From Candidatus Kapaibacterium sp. (GTDB lineage Bacteria > Bacteroidota > Ignavibacteria > Kapaibacteriales > UBA2268), in assembly GCA_938031175.1 (NCBI GenBank), contig CALHGZ010000002.1, positions 139,242-203,241 of the forward strand: a DNA stretch of 64,000 nucleotides. The letters run 5' to 3'. Of the stretch, positions 48,380 to 58,008 are shown in pieces. The notes under the pieces were generated by a model. The model was given only the letters and a program-made list of their open reading frames with translations. It had not been told where the DNA came from and did no database searches. Position 1 is the stretch's first letter. Each line of letters begins with the position of its first letter. Position numbers and translations under genes: made by a program.

Positions 48380-50353
48380 ATGATAAAAAAAATTATATAT
48401 ATCCTACTTCAGATAGTTATTTTGATATATATTACACCCTTTTGTCTTCGCTCTGAGATATCCAAACCAACTGAATACAAAGAACAGGAATTTGATGTAA
48501 TAAAATATGATGTTTCACTCGACTTAACCAAGGCACCAGAGCTTACCGATGTTATAGGGAAATGCGATATATATTTCATTTGGAAAGAAATTGGAGATGA
48601 TAAGAAATTTTATTTGCACTTATATGATTTAACAATAGATTCTGTTTTATATAACAATTTAGAAATATCACTAAAAAAGATAAGCTTGACAGAAAAGGAA
48701 TATTATTATGAATTTACAGAAAATGTTCTTTCGATATCTGATACAAATAAAATAACAGTATTTTACAGTGGTAAAATGACAAACGAAGGTGGGGATAAAC
48801 CTTGGGGAGGAGTATCCACAAACGGTGATATTTTGTTCTCTTTAGGTGTCGGATTCCGTAATGATTATGTATCAGCAACTCGTCATTGGATGCCTTGTTA
48901 TGATCATCCCTCTGATAAAGCTCTATTTCGAGGAGAATTCATAGTTAGAAAAAATATGTTTGTTGTTTCCAATGGTGAGTTGATTAGCAATATTGAAATA
49001 GATGATTTTAGTAAGTTTATCTGGGAACATAACTATCCCACTTCAACTTATTTATTAACATTTGCCGTAGGTAAATTTATTCCCATTGAATTTTATTCAG
49101 ATTCAACTGATGTGCCAATGATAATTTATACACCTCAAATCTACGAAGACAAAGTTAAATTTGCTTTCAAATTACTACCTGATATGTTACAAGCCTTTGA
49201 ATTAAGATTCGGAAAATATCCATTCGAAAAAATAGGATACGTACTTACCCCTATTGGCTCAATGGAGCATCAAACTATGATTTCCTATGACATTAATGCA
49301 TTGAACTATCATTATTCCATAAGAGACACAATGAATTCAACCGCTGCTCATGAGCTATCACATCAATGGTTCGGTAATTACGTAACTTGCAGGGATTTTA
49401 GCGATGCATGGCTGAATGAGGGATTTGCAACTTTTTGCGAGGCTCTTTGGCAAGAGTATAAGTTTGGTTATGATAGATATCTCAGAACAGTGAATAATTA
49501 TATATTGCGGTATATTAATTCAGTATCAGAATTGGAAGGAGTTTTTCCATTATATGACTTTCCACGCCAGTATCCATCATCGAATTATCCTGCAACTATT
49601 TATTTTAAAGGTGCAGTAGTTATTGCAATGCTAAGATATGAACTCGGTGATGATATCTTTTTCTGGTTAGTGAGGGAATATCTCGAGAGATTTGCTTATG
49701 GTACATCTACAACTGAACTTATGCAAAATATTTTTCAAGAGTTGAGCGGAAGAAATTTAAATCAATTTTTCGAACAATGGGTATTTGGTAAAGGATATCC
49801 AATTATTAAAATTGAAGCTGAAAAAGAGCCTGTACTTAATTATTTTAATCTTAATTTGAGGATAACTCAAATACAACCAGAAGAATATGGTATATATAAA
49901 AATCTCAATCTCGAACTTGATTTAGTTGATAACTCAGGAGTCTCGGAATATAAATTAATAAGATTAGATAGTATTGTGCAGGATTTTAATTTTGAAAAAC
50001 TCAATGATATACAAACTATAAGAATCAATACGGGAAAAACATTAAGAAGTCTTGTAAAATTAGCAGAAACAAAAATATACACAACAGTTTCAAATGATAA
50101 ATCAACACGTGGAATATTTGTATATCCAACGCCAGCCGATAATGAATTAAATGTAAAGTTGCCCGATAATTTTAATGCAAATTTGATTATAATGGATTTA
50201 TCAGGTAGAGTATTGAAAATTATCAATAGTAAGAAATTTATTGATGCTGAAAGTGTAACAATTGATGTATCTGGATTATCCCCTGGTGTCTATATTCTAT
50301 ATTCTACTGATGGTTTTGAAAATTATAAAAAATTGTTTTCAATTGTGAAATAG
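48380..50353 (+). CDS. M1-family aminopeptidase (aminopeptidase N-like) with T9SS C-terminal sorting domain
   Basis: Signal peptide. Zinc-binding HELSHQWFGN plus LNEGFATF, i.e. HExxH-(18)-E. The C-terminal IFVYPTPADNELNVKLPDNF...LFSIVK is a T9SS CTD. Confidence 0.85.
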   Translation: MIKKIIYILLQIVILIYITPFCLRSEISKPTEYKEQEFDVIKYDVSLDLTKAPELTDVIGKCDIYFIWKEIGDDKKFYLHLYDLTIDSVLYNNLEISLKKISLTEKEYYYEFTENVLSISDTNKITVFYSGKMTNEGGDKPWGGVSTNGDILFSLGVGFRNDYVSATRHWMPCYDHPSDKALFRGEFIVRKNMFVVSNGELISNIEIDDFSKFIWEHNYPTSTYLLTFAVGKFIPIEFYSDSTDVPMIIYTPQIYEDKVKFAFKLLPDMLQAFELRFGKYPFEKIGYVLTPIGSMEHQTMISYDINALNYHYSIRDTMNSTAAHELSHQWFGNYVTCRDFSDAWLNEGFATFCEALWQEYKFGYDRYLRTVNNYILRYINSVSELEGVFPLYDFPRQYPSSNYPATIYFKGAVVIAMLRYELGDDIFFWLVREYLERFAYGTSTTELMQNIFQELSGRNLNQFFEQWVFGKGYPIIKIEAEKEPVLNYFNLNLRITQIQPEEYGIYKNLNLELDLVDNSGVSEYKLIRLDSIVQDFNFEKLNDIQTIRINTGKTLRSLVKLAETKIYTTVSNDKSTRGIFVYPTPADNELNVKLPDNFNANLIIMDLSGRVLKIINSKKFIDAESVTIDVSGLSPGVYILYSTDGFENYKKLFSIVK

Positions 50354-51078
50354 TGAAAATGAGTGAAAAAATTGACTCAAAATATTATTATATAATCAAG
50401 AACTGGCTCGAAATAAAGGAAAAAATACACATTAAGGCTTTGTCCTGTGGTCGAAGGCCTGAAGAAATCAAAGTCATCGCAGTATCAAAAACTCATGATA
50501 CTGAAAAGATTGAAGTAGCATTTAAGGCGGGAGTAGAGTTTTTTGGAGAAAATTACGTACAGGAATTGGTTTCAAAATATGAGTATTTTGCTAATAGGGG
50601 ACTAAAACCTAAATGGCATTTTATCGGTCATTTACAAACTAATAAAGTAAAATATATCGTACCGTTCATTGATATGATACATACTGTCGATTCAATTAGA
50701 TTAGCGAATGAGATAGAAAAACGAGCTGAAAATTATAATAAAATCATAGATGTTCTCATACAGGTAAACACTTCGGGTGAGGAATCTAAATCTGGTTGTG
50801 AGCCATATGAAACAGAAGAGTTAGTCAAATATTGTCTATCTTTAAAACACTTGAAGGTAAAAGGATTAATGACTATTGGAACTTTTTCTGAAGATGAAAT
50901 TATCATTCGTTCAGAATTCCAATTATTAAGAAATTTATTGTATGAAACAAACAAAAATTTAAGTTTGAATCTTACTGAACTTTCAATGGGAATGACTCAC
51001 GATTATGAAATTGCAATTGAAGAAGGAGCTACATATTTACGAATTGGAACTGCAATATTCGGGCAAAGAATTTATTAG
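50353..51078 (+). CDS. yggS: YggS-family pyridoxal-phosphate homeostasis protein
   Basis: KVIAVSKTHDTEKI (PLP lysine), FGENYVQEL, WHFIGHLQTNKVKYI. 241 aa. Confidence 0.8.
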   Translation: MKMSEKIDSKYYYIIKNWLEIKEKIHIKALSCGRRPEEIKVIAVSKTHDTEKIEVAFKAGVEFFGENYVQELVSKYEYFANRGLKPKWHFIGHLQTNKVKYIVPFIDMIHTVDSIRLANEIEKRAENYNKIIDVLIQVNTSGEESKSGCEPYETEELVKYCLSLKHLKVKGLMTIGTFSEDEIIIRSEFQLLRNLLYETNKNLSLNLTELSMGMTHDYEIAIEEGATYLRIGTAIFGQRIY

Positions 51079-51105
51079 TTATGTTTAATAAACTTTTCAT
51101 GGCTT

Positions 51106-51942
51106 ATGGAAAATTCAAACCAAAACCTTTTGCAAATGATAGACGAAGCATTAGTTTTTATTAGAGAAAGAGTAAAAACAAATGCAAAAATAGCACTTAT
51201 TTTAGGTAGTGGGCTTAGTGACTTTGCTAATGAAGTTAAAGGGACTGCAATTTCTTTTGCTGAAATACCAAATTTTGTCCCATCAACCTTACCATTTCAT
51301 AAAGGTAGTCTGATTTTTAGTGAATACGTTGACAAGGAAATCATTTTAATGTTTGGGCGTTTGCATTTGTATGAAGGTTTTACACCACTACAAGTAACAT
51401 TTCCAATAAGGGTACTAAAAGGTTTAGGCATTGAAAATTTAATAATAACCAATGTAAGTGGTAGTATGAATCCGTATTTTAGAAAAAAAAGTATAATGAT
51501 AATTGATGACCATATAAATCTTATGGGTGTTAATCCATTGGTTGGTAAAAATTATGATGAGCTTGGACCTAGATTTCCGGATATGAGCGAACCATACTCC
51601 AAAGAGTTGATTGAATTAGTAGAACAAATCGGAATAGATTTAAAAATACCTTTACACAAGGGGGTGTATGTATCAATGTTAGGACCATCGCTTGAGACAA
51701 GAGCTGAATACAGATTTTTGCGTGCTATTGGTGCTGATGTTGTAGGAATGAGTACTGTACCCGAAGTTATTACCGCTGTTCATTCAGGAATGAAAGTATG
51801 TGCATTATCTGTCATTACCGATGAATGTTATCCCGACAATCTTATGAAAATTGAATTAGAGAATATTCTTGAAATTGCAGCTGAAGCCGATAAAAACCTA
51901 ACTAAAATATTAAAAGAATTGATAAAAAGAATACAAATTTGA
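51106..51942 (+). CDS. purine nucleoside phosphorylase (PNP/MTAP family, PunA-like)
   Basis: IALILGSGLSDFA...HKGSLIFSEY...ILMFGRLHLYEG...VVGMSTVPEVI blocks typical of the trimeric PNP family. 278 aa. Confidence 0.75.
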   Translation: MENSNQNLLQMIDEALVFIRERVKTNAKIALILGSGLSDFANEVKGTAISFAEIPNFVPSTLPFHKGSLIFSEYVDKEIILMFGRLHLYEGFTPLQVTFPIRVLKGLGIENLIITNVSGSMNPYFRKKSIMIIDDHINLMGVNPLVGKNYDELGPRFPDMSEPYSKELIELVEQIGIDLKIPLHKGVYVSMLGPSLETRAEYRFLRAIGADVVGMSTVPEVITAVHSGMKVCALSVITDECYPDNLMKIELENILEIAAEADKNLTKILKELIKRIQI

Positions 51943-52001
51943 AATTTATTTATTTTAAAGTGTTAATTTGATATTATTAATTACTATGTCAAAGTTATAA
52001 G

Positions 52002-53063
52002 ATGCTTACAAAATATTCAAAGTTATCAATAGTTTTTTCTATAATAAGTTTGATTCCCTTTTTATTATCATGTAGTGATGAGGAAAAGCTTGTTGACAAT
52101 ACAAAAGAAGTGTGGCGAATGCTTATTGCACGTGATTATCCAAACCCGAGAATAGAAATGTTAGAATTTCCTTCAATCAAAGTAATTTCCAATGATATTG
52201 TTAGCGAAAATAATAATTTTAACTTAAGTTCAACTCCTACTAAAATCAAAATATTTAGAAATATGATTTACTTTTTGATGTCATCTGATTATAAGATACT
52301 TGTTTTTAATTTGATCGATTTCAAACTAGCACATGAATTTGATTTTTCTGATGAGAAGCTTGAACCTACTGATATATGTTTCCTGACAAATGGCACAACA
52401 GCTTATGTTTGTCATAAAAATAGTTCGCTTGTAACAGTTTTGGATATATACTTTTTCAAAAAAGCAAGACAAATAGAAGTTGGTAATGGACCTATAGCTA
52501 TTGCTTGTTCAGGTAATCAAGTATATGTTGCTAATTATAATGACAATTCGGTCTCTGTTATTGATTCAAGAACGAATGAACAGCTTGAATTAATTAAATT
52601 ATCTCCTAAACCAATTTATATAGGCTTTGATTATACAGGTAAGACCGCTGTTGTTGTTTCAATGGGGTTTGGTAAGGATGGTGCAATTAATGAAAAGACA
52701 CCAGCAGTTGTTACATTTATAGATGTTGAAAATAAGTTAATTGAAAATAGTTTGGAACTAGGCTATCAAATGCAGAAATCAATAGATCAGATACCGACTG
52801 GTTTAGGTATAACAGAAACAAACTGGGCTTTCATTCCCACCAATGAAATGCTCGTCCGAATTGATTTAAGAAGAAAAGACAGAGTAATTTTCGTTAATCG
52901 CTCAAAATATAGCGGAGCTCTTTATAATTATTTCAAAAAAGAAATCTGGATTATTAGAGATGATGGGAATGAGTATTCACTCTTAATCTCAAATCAAACA
53001 ACTGGTACAGTTCAACAACGATTTCAATTGGGAAAAGATATTAAAGCAATTCATCCCCTATAG
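52002..53063 (+). CDS. lipoprotein with YVTN-type beta-propeller repeats
   Basis: Signal peptide with LLSCS lipobox. Repeated segments (GNGPIAIACSGNQVYVANYNDNSVSVIDSRTNEQ, LSPKPIYIGFDYTGKTAVVVS). Confidence 0.5.
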   Translation: MLTKYSKLSIVFSIISLIPFLLSCSDEEKLVDNTKEVWRMLIARDYPNPRIEMLEFPSIKVISNDIVSENNNFNLSSTPTKIKIFRNMIYFLMSSDYKILVFNLIDFKLAHEFDFSDEKLEPTDICFLTNGTTAYVCHKNSSLVTVLDIYFFKKARQIEVGNGPIAIACSGNQVYVANYNDNSVSVIDSRTNEQLELIKLSPKPIYIGFDYTGKTAVVVSMGFGKDGAINEKTPAVVTFIDVENKLIENSLELGYQMQKSIDQIPTGLGITETNWAFIPTNEMLVRIDLRRKDRVIFVNRSKYSGALYNYFKKEIWIIRDDGNEYSLLISNQTTGTVQQRFQLGKDIKAIHPL

Positions 53064-53077
53064 AATATTTTATTAGT

Positions 53078-54748
53078 ATGGAATCAGAGCAGCAATTAGT
53101 AAATTTAGATGCACTAATTAATTTTAGTGCGAGTTTGACTGAGACCTACGACATTGAATTCATATTGAATGCAGCCTTATTGAGTATAATGGGTAAGTTG
53201 AAAATAGTCCGCGCTTGTGTATTGATGCCTGATGATGTAGGTCACCTTTCAATTATGTTGGTAAAGGGTAAATTACCACAGGATACAATTAAATCAAATT
53301 CAGGGTTATCAAATTCTGAAATTAAAAAAATCGAGAATTTACTCAATCAATTTGGGATCAAATATTACCTGCCGATAATATATCAAAATCAAACTCTTGC
53401 TATTCTATGCTTGGGGCAAAAATTAACAGGTGAAAGAATCAATAAAGAAGAGGAGCGCTATTTAAGCCTCATTGCTTCAATTACAGCAAATGCACTGCAA
53501 AATGCAATTAACCATCAATCCTTACTGAAGGAAAAGCTATTAGTCGAAGAGCGTAGTCAATTACTTACAACTCTCTTCGAGATCTCACGCGATTTCAGTA
53601 ACCTGATGTCAAGAGAAGAAATTTTAAAAATGCTATCGTTCCATCTGATGGGACAATTGATGATAAGCAGATTTGCAGTTTTAATCCTAAAAGAAAAAGA
53701 CACTTTTTATTCAATTTTTAATAGATTCAATTCTGATCAAAATTTAAAGATCCAATGCAGATTGGAATTATTCAATAAAGTTAGATTTGTAGATAATATT
53801 CAATGTGATTATGAGACAATCTCTAAACTCAAAGAATTGGGTGCTGAAATAATCGCACCTATGATGATACAGAATCAAATTAAAGGACTTTTAATTGTCG
53901 GTAAAAAACTTGCTGGCGGTGATTTTACTTCGCAAAATATTAGCTTTATTGAAGCTATTGCAAGTATAGCTATGATGTCACTAGAAAATGAACGTCTGTT
54001 TAAAGAAGAGATTGACAAAAAACTGCTCGAAAGAGAAGTCAAACTTGCCCTTGAAATTCAAAGGAATTTACTCCCTGGAAAAATGCCATCGTGTGAAAAT
54101 TTTGACATTTATGGAGCAACATATCCCTCAAGGTATGTTGGCGGTGATTATTTCGATTTCATAAAATTATCGGACGGGAGGTTATTCGTTGCTATTGCTG
54201 ATGTTTCTGGTAAAGGAGTTCCTGCCTCATTGATTATGGCAAGTGTACAAGCTGTTTTAAAAATTTTGACTCAATTACCAATTTCTCTCATCGAGATTGT
54301 GAATAGACTAAACAGACTAATTTATGAAAATACAACAGCAGACAAATTTGTTACTTTTTTCTGCTGTATTATTGATGATAAAAACCGAACCATCGAATAT
54401 GTCAATGCAGGTCATAATCCACCAATATTGTTAAGACATAATTTTGAAATTGAAAGGCTTAGAAAGGGTGGCTTAATCATGGGATTTATGGATAATCCTC
54501 CTGATTATGAAAAAGAGACAATAAAACTTGAATTAGCCGATATAATCTTGCTCTATACTGATGGGGTCTCGGAAGCTATGAATCAAGATGATATTGAATT
54601 TGGCGAAGATCGAATAATTAATATCATGAAAATGAATAAGGATCAAAGCTCGGAGCAACTTTTAATGGCTCTTTTGGACTCAGTAAAGAATTTTTCCGGC
54701 GAAAAGCAATTTGATGATATTACAGCGGTTGTGATTAAATCAATTTGA
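53078..54748 (+). CDS. GAF-domain-containing PP2C-type (SpoIIE/RsbU-like) protein phosphatase
   Basis: Two GAF-like regions. The C-terminal PPM fold has REVKLALEIQRNLLP, RYVGGDYFDF and FVAIADVSGKGVPASLIMA (SpoIIE family). 556 aa. Confidence 0.7.
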   Translation: MESEQQLVNLDALINFSASLTETYDIEFILNAALLSIMGKLKIVRACVLMPDDVGHLSIMLVKGKLPQDTIKSNSGLSNSEIKKIENLLNQFGIKYYLPIIYQNQTLAILCLGQKLTGERINKEEERYLSLIASITANALQNAINHQSLLKEKLLVEERSQLLTTLFEISRDFSNLMSREEILKMLSFHLMGQLMISRFAVLILKEKDTFYSIFNRFNSDQNLKIQCRLELFNKVRFVDNIQCDYETISKLKELGAEIIAPMMIQNQIKGLLIVGKKLAGGDFTSQNISFIEAIASIAMMSLENERLFKEEIDKKLLEREVKLALEIQRNLLPGKMPSCENFDIYGATYPSRYVGGDYFDFIKLSDGRLFVAIADVSGKGVPASLIMASVQAVLKILTQLPISLIEIVNRLNRLIYENTTADKFVTFFCCIIDDKNRTIEYVNAGHNPPILLRHNFEIERLRKGGLIMGFMDNPPDYEKETIKLELADIILLYTDGVSEAMNQDDIEFGEDRIINIMKMNKDQSSEQLLMALLDSVKNFSGEKQFDDITAVVIKSI

Positions 54749-54749
54749 G

Positions 54750-55088
54750 TTACTCACCAGGTTGCTGTGGGAATGGAATTGGCTGTATCGGATTGGGATT
54801 GATTGCAGGCAATTCTGCTCCTTCTGTTATAGGTTTACGGATATCTTCATCACCACCAACAAACCATAAATTTGCAATAAGAGCTAAAAGCATAATTGTT
54901 GCGGCAAACCCGATTGTTAGTTTTGATAAGAAATCAATTGCTCGGCGGGTACCAAACATTGAAGAAAATTGTCCTGTCAAACCTCCTAAACCAGCGCTCA
55001 TAGTTCCGCCTTTACCAGGTTGTAGCAAAACTACAATTATCAACAATATTGCAATAATAATAGATATAATTGATATGAAAGTCAGCAT
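54750..55088 (-). CDS. secG: preprotein translocase subunit SecG
   Basis: 112 aa. TM1 followed by LLQPGKGGTMSAGLGG (the SecG signature LLQ.GKGGG) and a second TM. Confidence 0.75.
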   Translation of the reverse strand: MLTFISIISIIIAILLIIVVLLQPGKGGTMSAGLGGLTGQFSSMFGTRRAIDFLSKLTIGFAATIMLLALIANLWFVGGDEDIRKPITEGAELPAINPNPIQPIPFPQQPGE

Positions 55089-55233
55089 AATTTTCTCAAT
55101 TGATTATTTTAACTAAATACAAAATTATAAATTTTTTGAATTTTGAACAATTATATATTACGACGAGTTGATTAAAATTAAATTTCTTAACTTTGAAATT
55201 TAATATCAATATTTTAAAAAGATAAATTTTTCG

Positions 55234-56694
55234 ATGAAAATACTAGACAGATATATAATCAAAGCCCATATAGCACCATTTATATTCGGTGTTTCGGTTG
55301 TTGTATTTATCTTTTTAATGCAATTTATTTTAAAGTACATTGATCAGCTGTTGGGAAAAGGCTTGAGTTATCTGACAATATTACATCTGATATCTCTTAA
55401 TCTTGCTTGGATAGTTGTATTAGCAGTACCAATCGGAGCCTTATTTTCTACTTTATTAGCTTTTGGTAGTTTATCGGCTACATACGAAGTAACTATTTTT
55501 AAAGCTAGTGGTATAAGTTTAATTCGAATGATGTTGCCTATAATTTTTCTGGGGATGATTTCCTCAGCATTTCTTTTTTGGTTTAATGATGATATATTGC
55601 CAGATGCAAATCACAAACTGAAAACTCTTTTGAATGATATTCAAAGGAAGAAACCAACCTTTTCAATTGTTGCTGGGCAATTTACAACAGAATTGGAAGG
55701 ATGTACGATTCTTGCTCGAAATATTGATTCAATTACTGGTATGATGACAGATTTAACAATTTATGACCATAGAAGGCAGAATTTAATTAATGTTGCAAAT
55801 GCTGATTCCGGTACAATTGTATTTAATTATGATTATACAAAATTGATTGTGACTCTTTACAATGGAGAATTGCATCAACTTTATCATAATCAACTTAAAG
55901 ATTACAGAAAAGTATTATTTGAAAAATATCAATTGTATTTGCCCGCAAGTGGTTATGCTTTTGTTAGAACTGATGAAAACGTTCTTTCACGGGGAGATAG
56001 AGAAATGAGTATTGATGATATGAAAAAAATTGTCGAATCAACATATGCAAGAAAAAATGAAAACTACAAACGATTTAGAGATGAGTTAGAACACCATTGG
56101 AGTTATTTAATTGGATTGGCTAACGAAAAAGTACAAAAATCAAGCGAAAGACAACCCATAGCTTTACCCGTTGAAGCAAGAACGAAACTGAAACTTACAA
56201 GTGACTCACTAGTTAATATAAGTAACTTAGAGCATAGAATAGATTCATCACTGATTAAAATATTAGATAATGTTGAACGAAGAGTTAATTTTTTTCGCTC
56301 GAATATATATTCAGATGTTCTCCAAATGAACAATTATGATGAGGTGATAAGGCAATATCAGGTCGAGATACAAAAAAAATATGCAATACCTGTTGCCTGT
56401 CTAATTTTTGTGCTTGTAGGATGTCCCTTAGGAATAAGAACACGTGGCGGTAATTTCGGAATCAGTGCTGCAATTACCCTCGCTTTTTATATTTTCTATT
56501 GGATTTGTCTTATAGGTGGAGAAAAATTAGCTGACAGGGGCTTCATTAGTCCATTCATTGGTATGTGGGCTGGTAATATTATTATTGCATTACTTGGATT
56601 TTTTTTGATTATAAAAGAAAACAATGAATCCTTTTCAATTTTCTTAGAACAACACTTGAAGTACTTTAATTTATTCAAAAGTTTTAAATCTTAA
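55234..56694 (+). CDS. LptF/LptG-family (YjgP/YjgQ) permease
   Basis: N-terminus MKILDRYIIKAHIAPFIFG is typical of LptF/G. There are three N-terminal TM helices, a large periplasmic insert and three C-terminal TM helices. 486 aa. Confidence 0.7.
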   Translation: MKILDRYIIKAHIAPFIFGVSVVVFIFLMQFILKYIDQLLGKGLSYLTILHLISLNLAWIVVLAVPIGALFSTLLAFGSLSATYEVTIFKASGISLIRMMLPIIFLGMISSAFLFWFNDDILPDANHKLKTLLNDIQRKKPTFSIVAGQFTTELEGCTILARNIDSITGMMTDLTIYDHRRQNLINVANADSGTIVFNYDYTKLIVTLYNGELHQLYHNQLKDYRKVLFEKYQLYLPASGYAFVRTDENVLSRGDREMSIDDMKKIVESTYARKNENYKRFRDELEHHWSYLIGLANEKVQKSSERQPIALPVEARTKLKLTSDSLVNISNLEHRIDSSLIKILDNVERRVNFFRSNIYSDVLQMNNYDEVIRQYQVEIQKKYAIPVACLIFVLVGCPLGIRTRGGNFGISAAITLAFYIFYWICLIGGEKLADRGFISPFIGMWAGNIIIALLGFFLIIKENNESFSIFLEQHLKYFNLFKSFKS

Positions 56695-56719
56695 AGAAAA
56701 AAGTTATTTTTGTTATTCA

Positions 56720-57733
56720 TTGTTTCACAATAATTTAATAGTCATGGTAGATATAACGACAAAGTATCTCGGATTAAAACTAAAATCTCCAATAATTGTG
56801 GGTAGTTGCGGTTTAACTAATTCTTTAGAAGATATCCAACATCACGAAGCTAATGGAGCCGGAGCAGTTGTACTTAAATCTTTATTTGAAGAGGAAATAA
56901 TCCTTGAGCTTGAACACAGCAAAGCGCAAATGATGCAACATGGGCCACTTTATCCTGAAATTTTTGATTTGTTTGATTACGATACAGTAGAAGATAGCTT
57001 AAGTAAATACATTTATTTAATTAAAGATTGTAAAAAAAACGTTAAGATCCCAATAATAGCAAGTATAAATTGTGTCAGTGCCGATGAATGGATTAATTTT
57101 TCGAAACAACTTGAGGATGCTGGTGCAGATGCTCTTGAATTGAACTTATTTATTCTACCTTCTGATTTTACACGTTCTGCTGAAGAAAACGAAAGAGTCT
57201 ATTTCGAAGTTATAGAAAAAGTAAAAAATACTGTTAACATACCTGTTGCACTGAAAATTAGCTATTTTTTCTCCAATTTAGGAACAATGATACAAAGATT
57301 ATCTGAAACAGGCATTGATGGTTTAGTTTTATTCAATCGATTTTATAATCCAGATTTCAATATTGATAATCTTACAGTAACAGCCGCTAATATTCTTTCT
57401 AATCCATCAGATTTGCCCATATCATTGCGTTGGATAGCAATTATGGCTCATAGAGTTAAATGCGATTTAGCAGCTTCTACCGGTGTGCATGATGGTACTG
57501 CACTAATTAAACAACTGCTTGCTGGAGCTAATGCTGTACAGGTAGTCTCTGCAATTTACAAAAATGGTTCTGAAGTAATCAATGAGATGAATAAGGAATT
57601 AATCGAATGGATGGATAAGCATCATTACTCTAAAATCGATGAATTTAGGGGTAAATTAGCTCAGGTTAAAAGTAAAAATCCAGCTGAATACGAAAGAGCT
57701 CAATTTATGAAACATTTCAGCGGTAAATTTTAA
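56720..57733 (+). CDS. dihydroorotate dehydrogenase-like (class 1 DHOD fold) protein
   Basis: It aligns end-to-end with family-1 DHOD (GAGAVVLKS; C-terminus LLAGANAVQVVSAIYKNG...EFRGKL versus LLCGATMLQIGTALHKEG...DFHGKL). The catalytic NLSCPN block reads NLFILPSD here. The internal Met at 56741 is a possible start. Confidence 0.6.
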   Translation: MFHNNLIVMVDITTKYLGLKLKSPIIVGSCGLTNSLEDIQHHEANGAGAVVLKSLFEEEIILELEHSKAQMMQHGPLYPEIFDLFDYDTVEDSLSKYIYLIKDCKKNVKIPIIASINCVSADEWINFSKQLEDAGADALELNLFILPSDFTRSAEENERVYFEVIEKVKNTVNIPVALKISYFFSNLGTMIQRLSETGIDGLVLFNRFYNPDFNIDNLTVTAANILSNPSDLPISLRWIAIMAHRVKCDLAASTGVHDGTALIKQLLAGANAVQVVSAIYKNGSEVINEMNKELIEWMDKHHYSKIDEFRGKLAQVKSKNPAEYERAQFMKHFSGKF

Positions 57734-57753
57734 TTGAGAAAATTCAATCTCAC

Positions 57754-57776
57754 GGGGCTTAAAAGCCCTTTTTTTG
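57754..57776 (+). terminator. rho-independent terminator
   Basis: GGGGCTT AAAAGCCC hairpin followed by TTTTTTT, 20 nt after the stop of the DHOD-like gene. Confidence 0.6.
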
Positions 57777-58008
57777 TTGGAATACAAGTTTTTTGACTAA
57801 CTTTTGCAGATTTAAAAAAATATATGCTATTAATATTGGGAAAAATGAAATCGAATTATTTGGATTATGTATTTATTCACTTCAAATAATACAAATGGAA
57901 AAGATGTATTTTAATGATTTAATCCGCTTTTTTTACTGAATTTAAAGCTCTTTATTTTGTCAATCCTTAATGTTATTAAACATTCGATTCGAAAAATTTT
58001 AAACAAAA

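Noticed and set aside
54745-55116. 123-aa plus-strand ORF
   Set aside because: It lies entirely antisense to secG, whose product has the diagnostic LLQPGKGG motif. It is Gly/Pro-rich mirror-frame translation with no start context.
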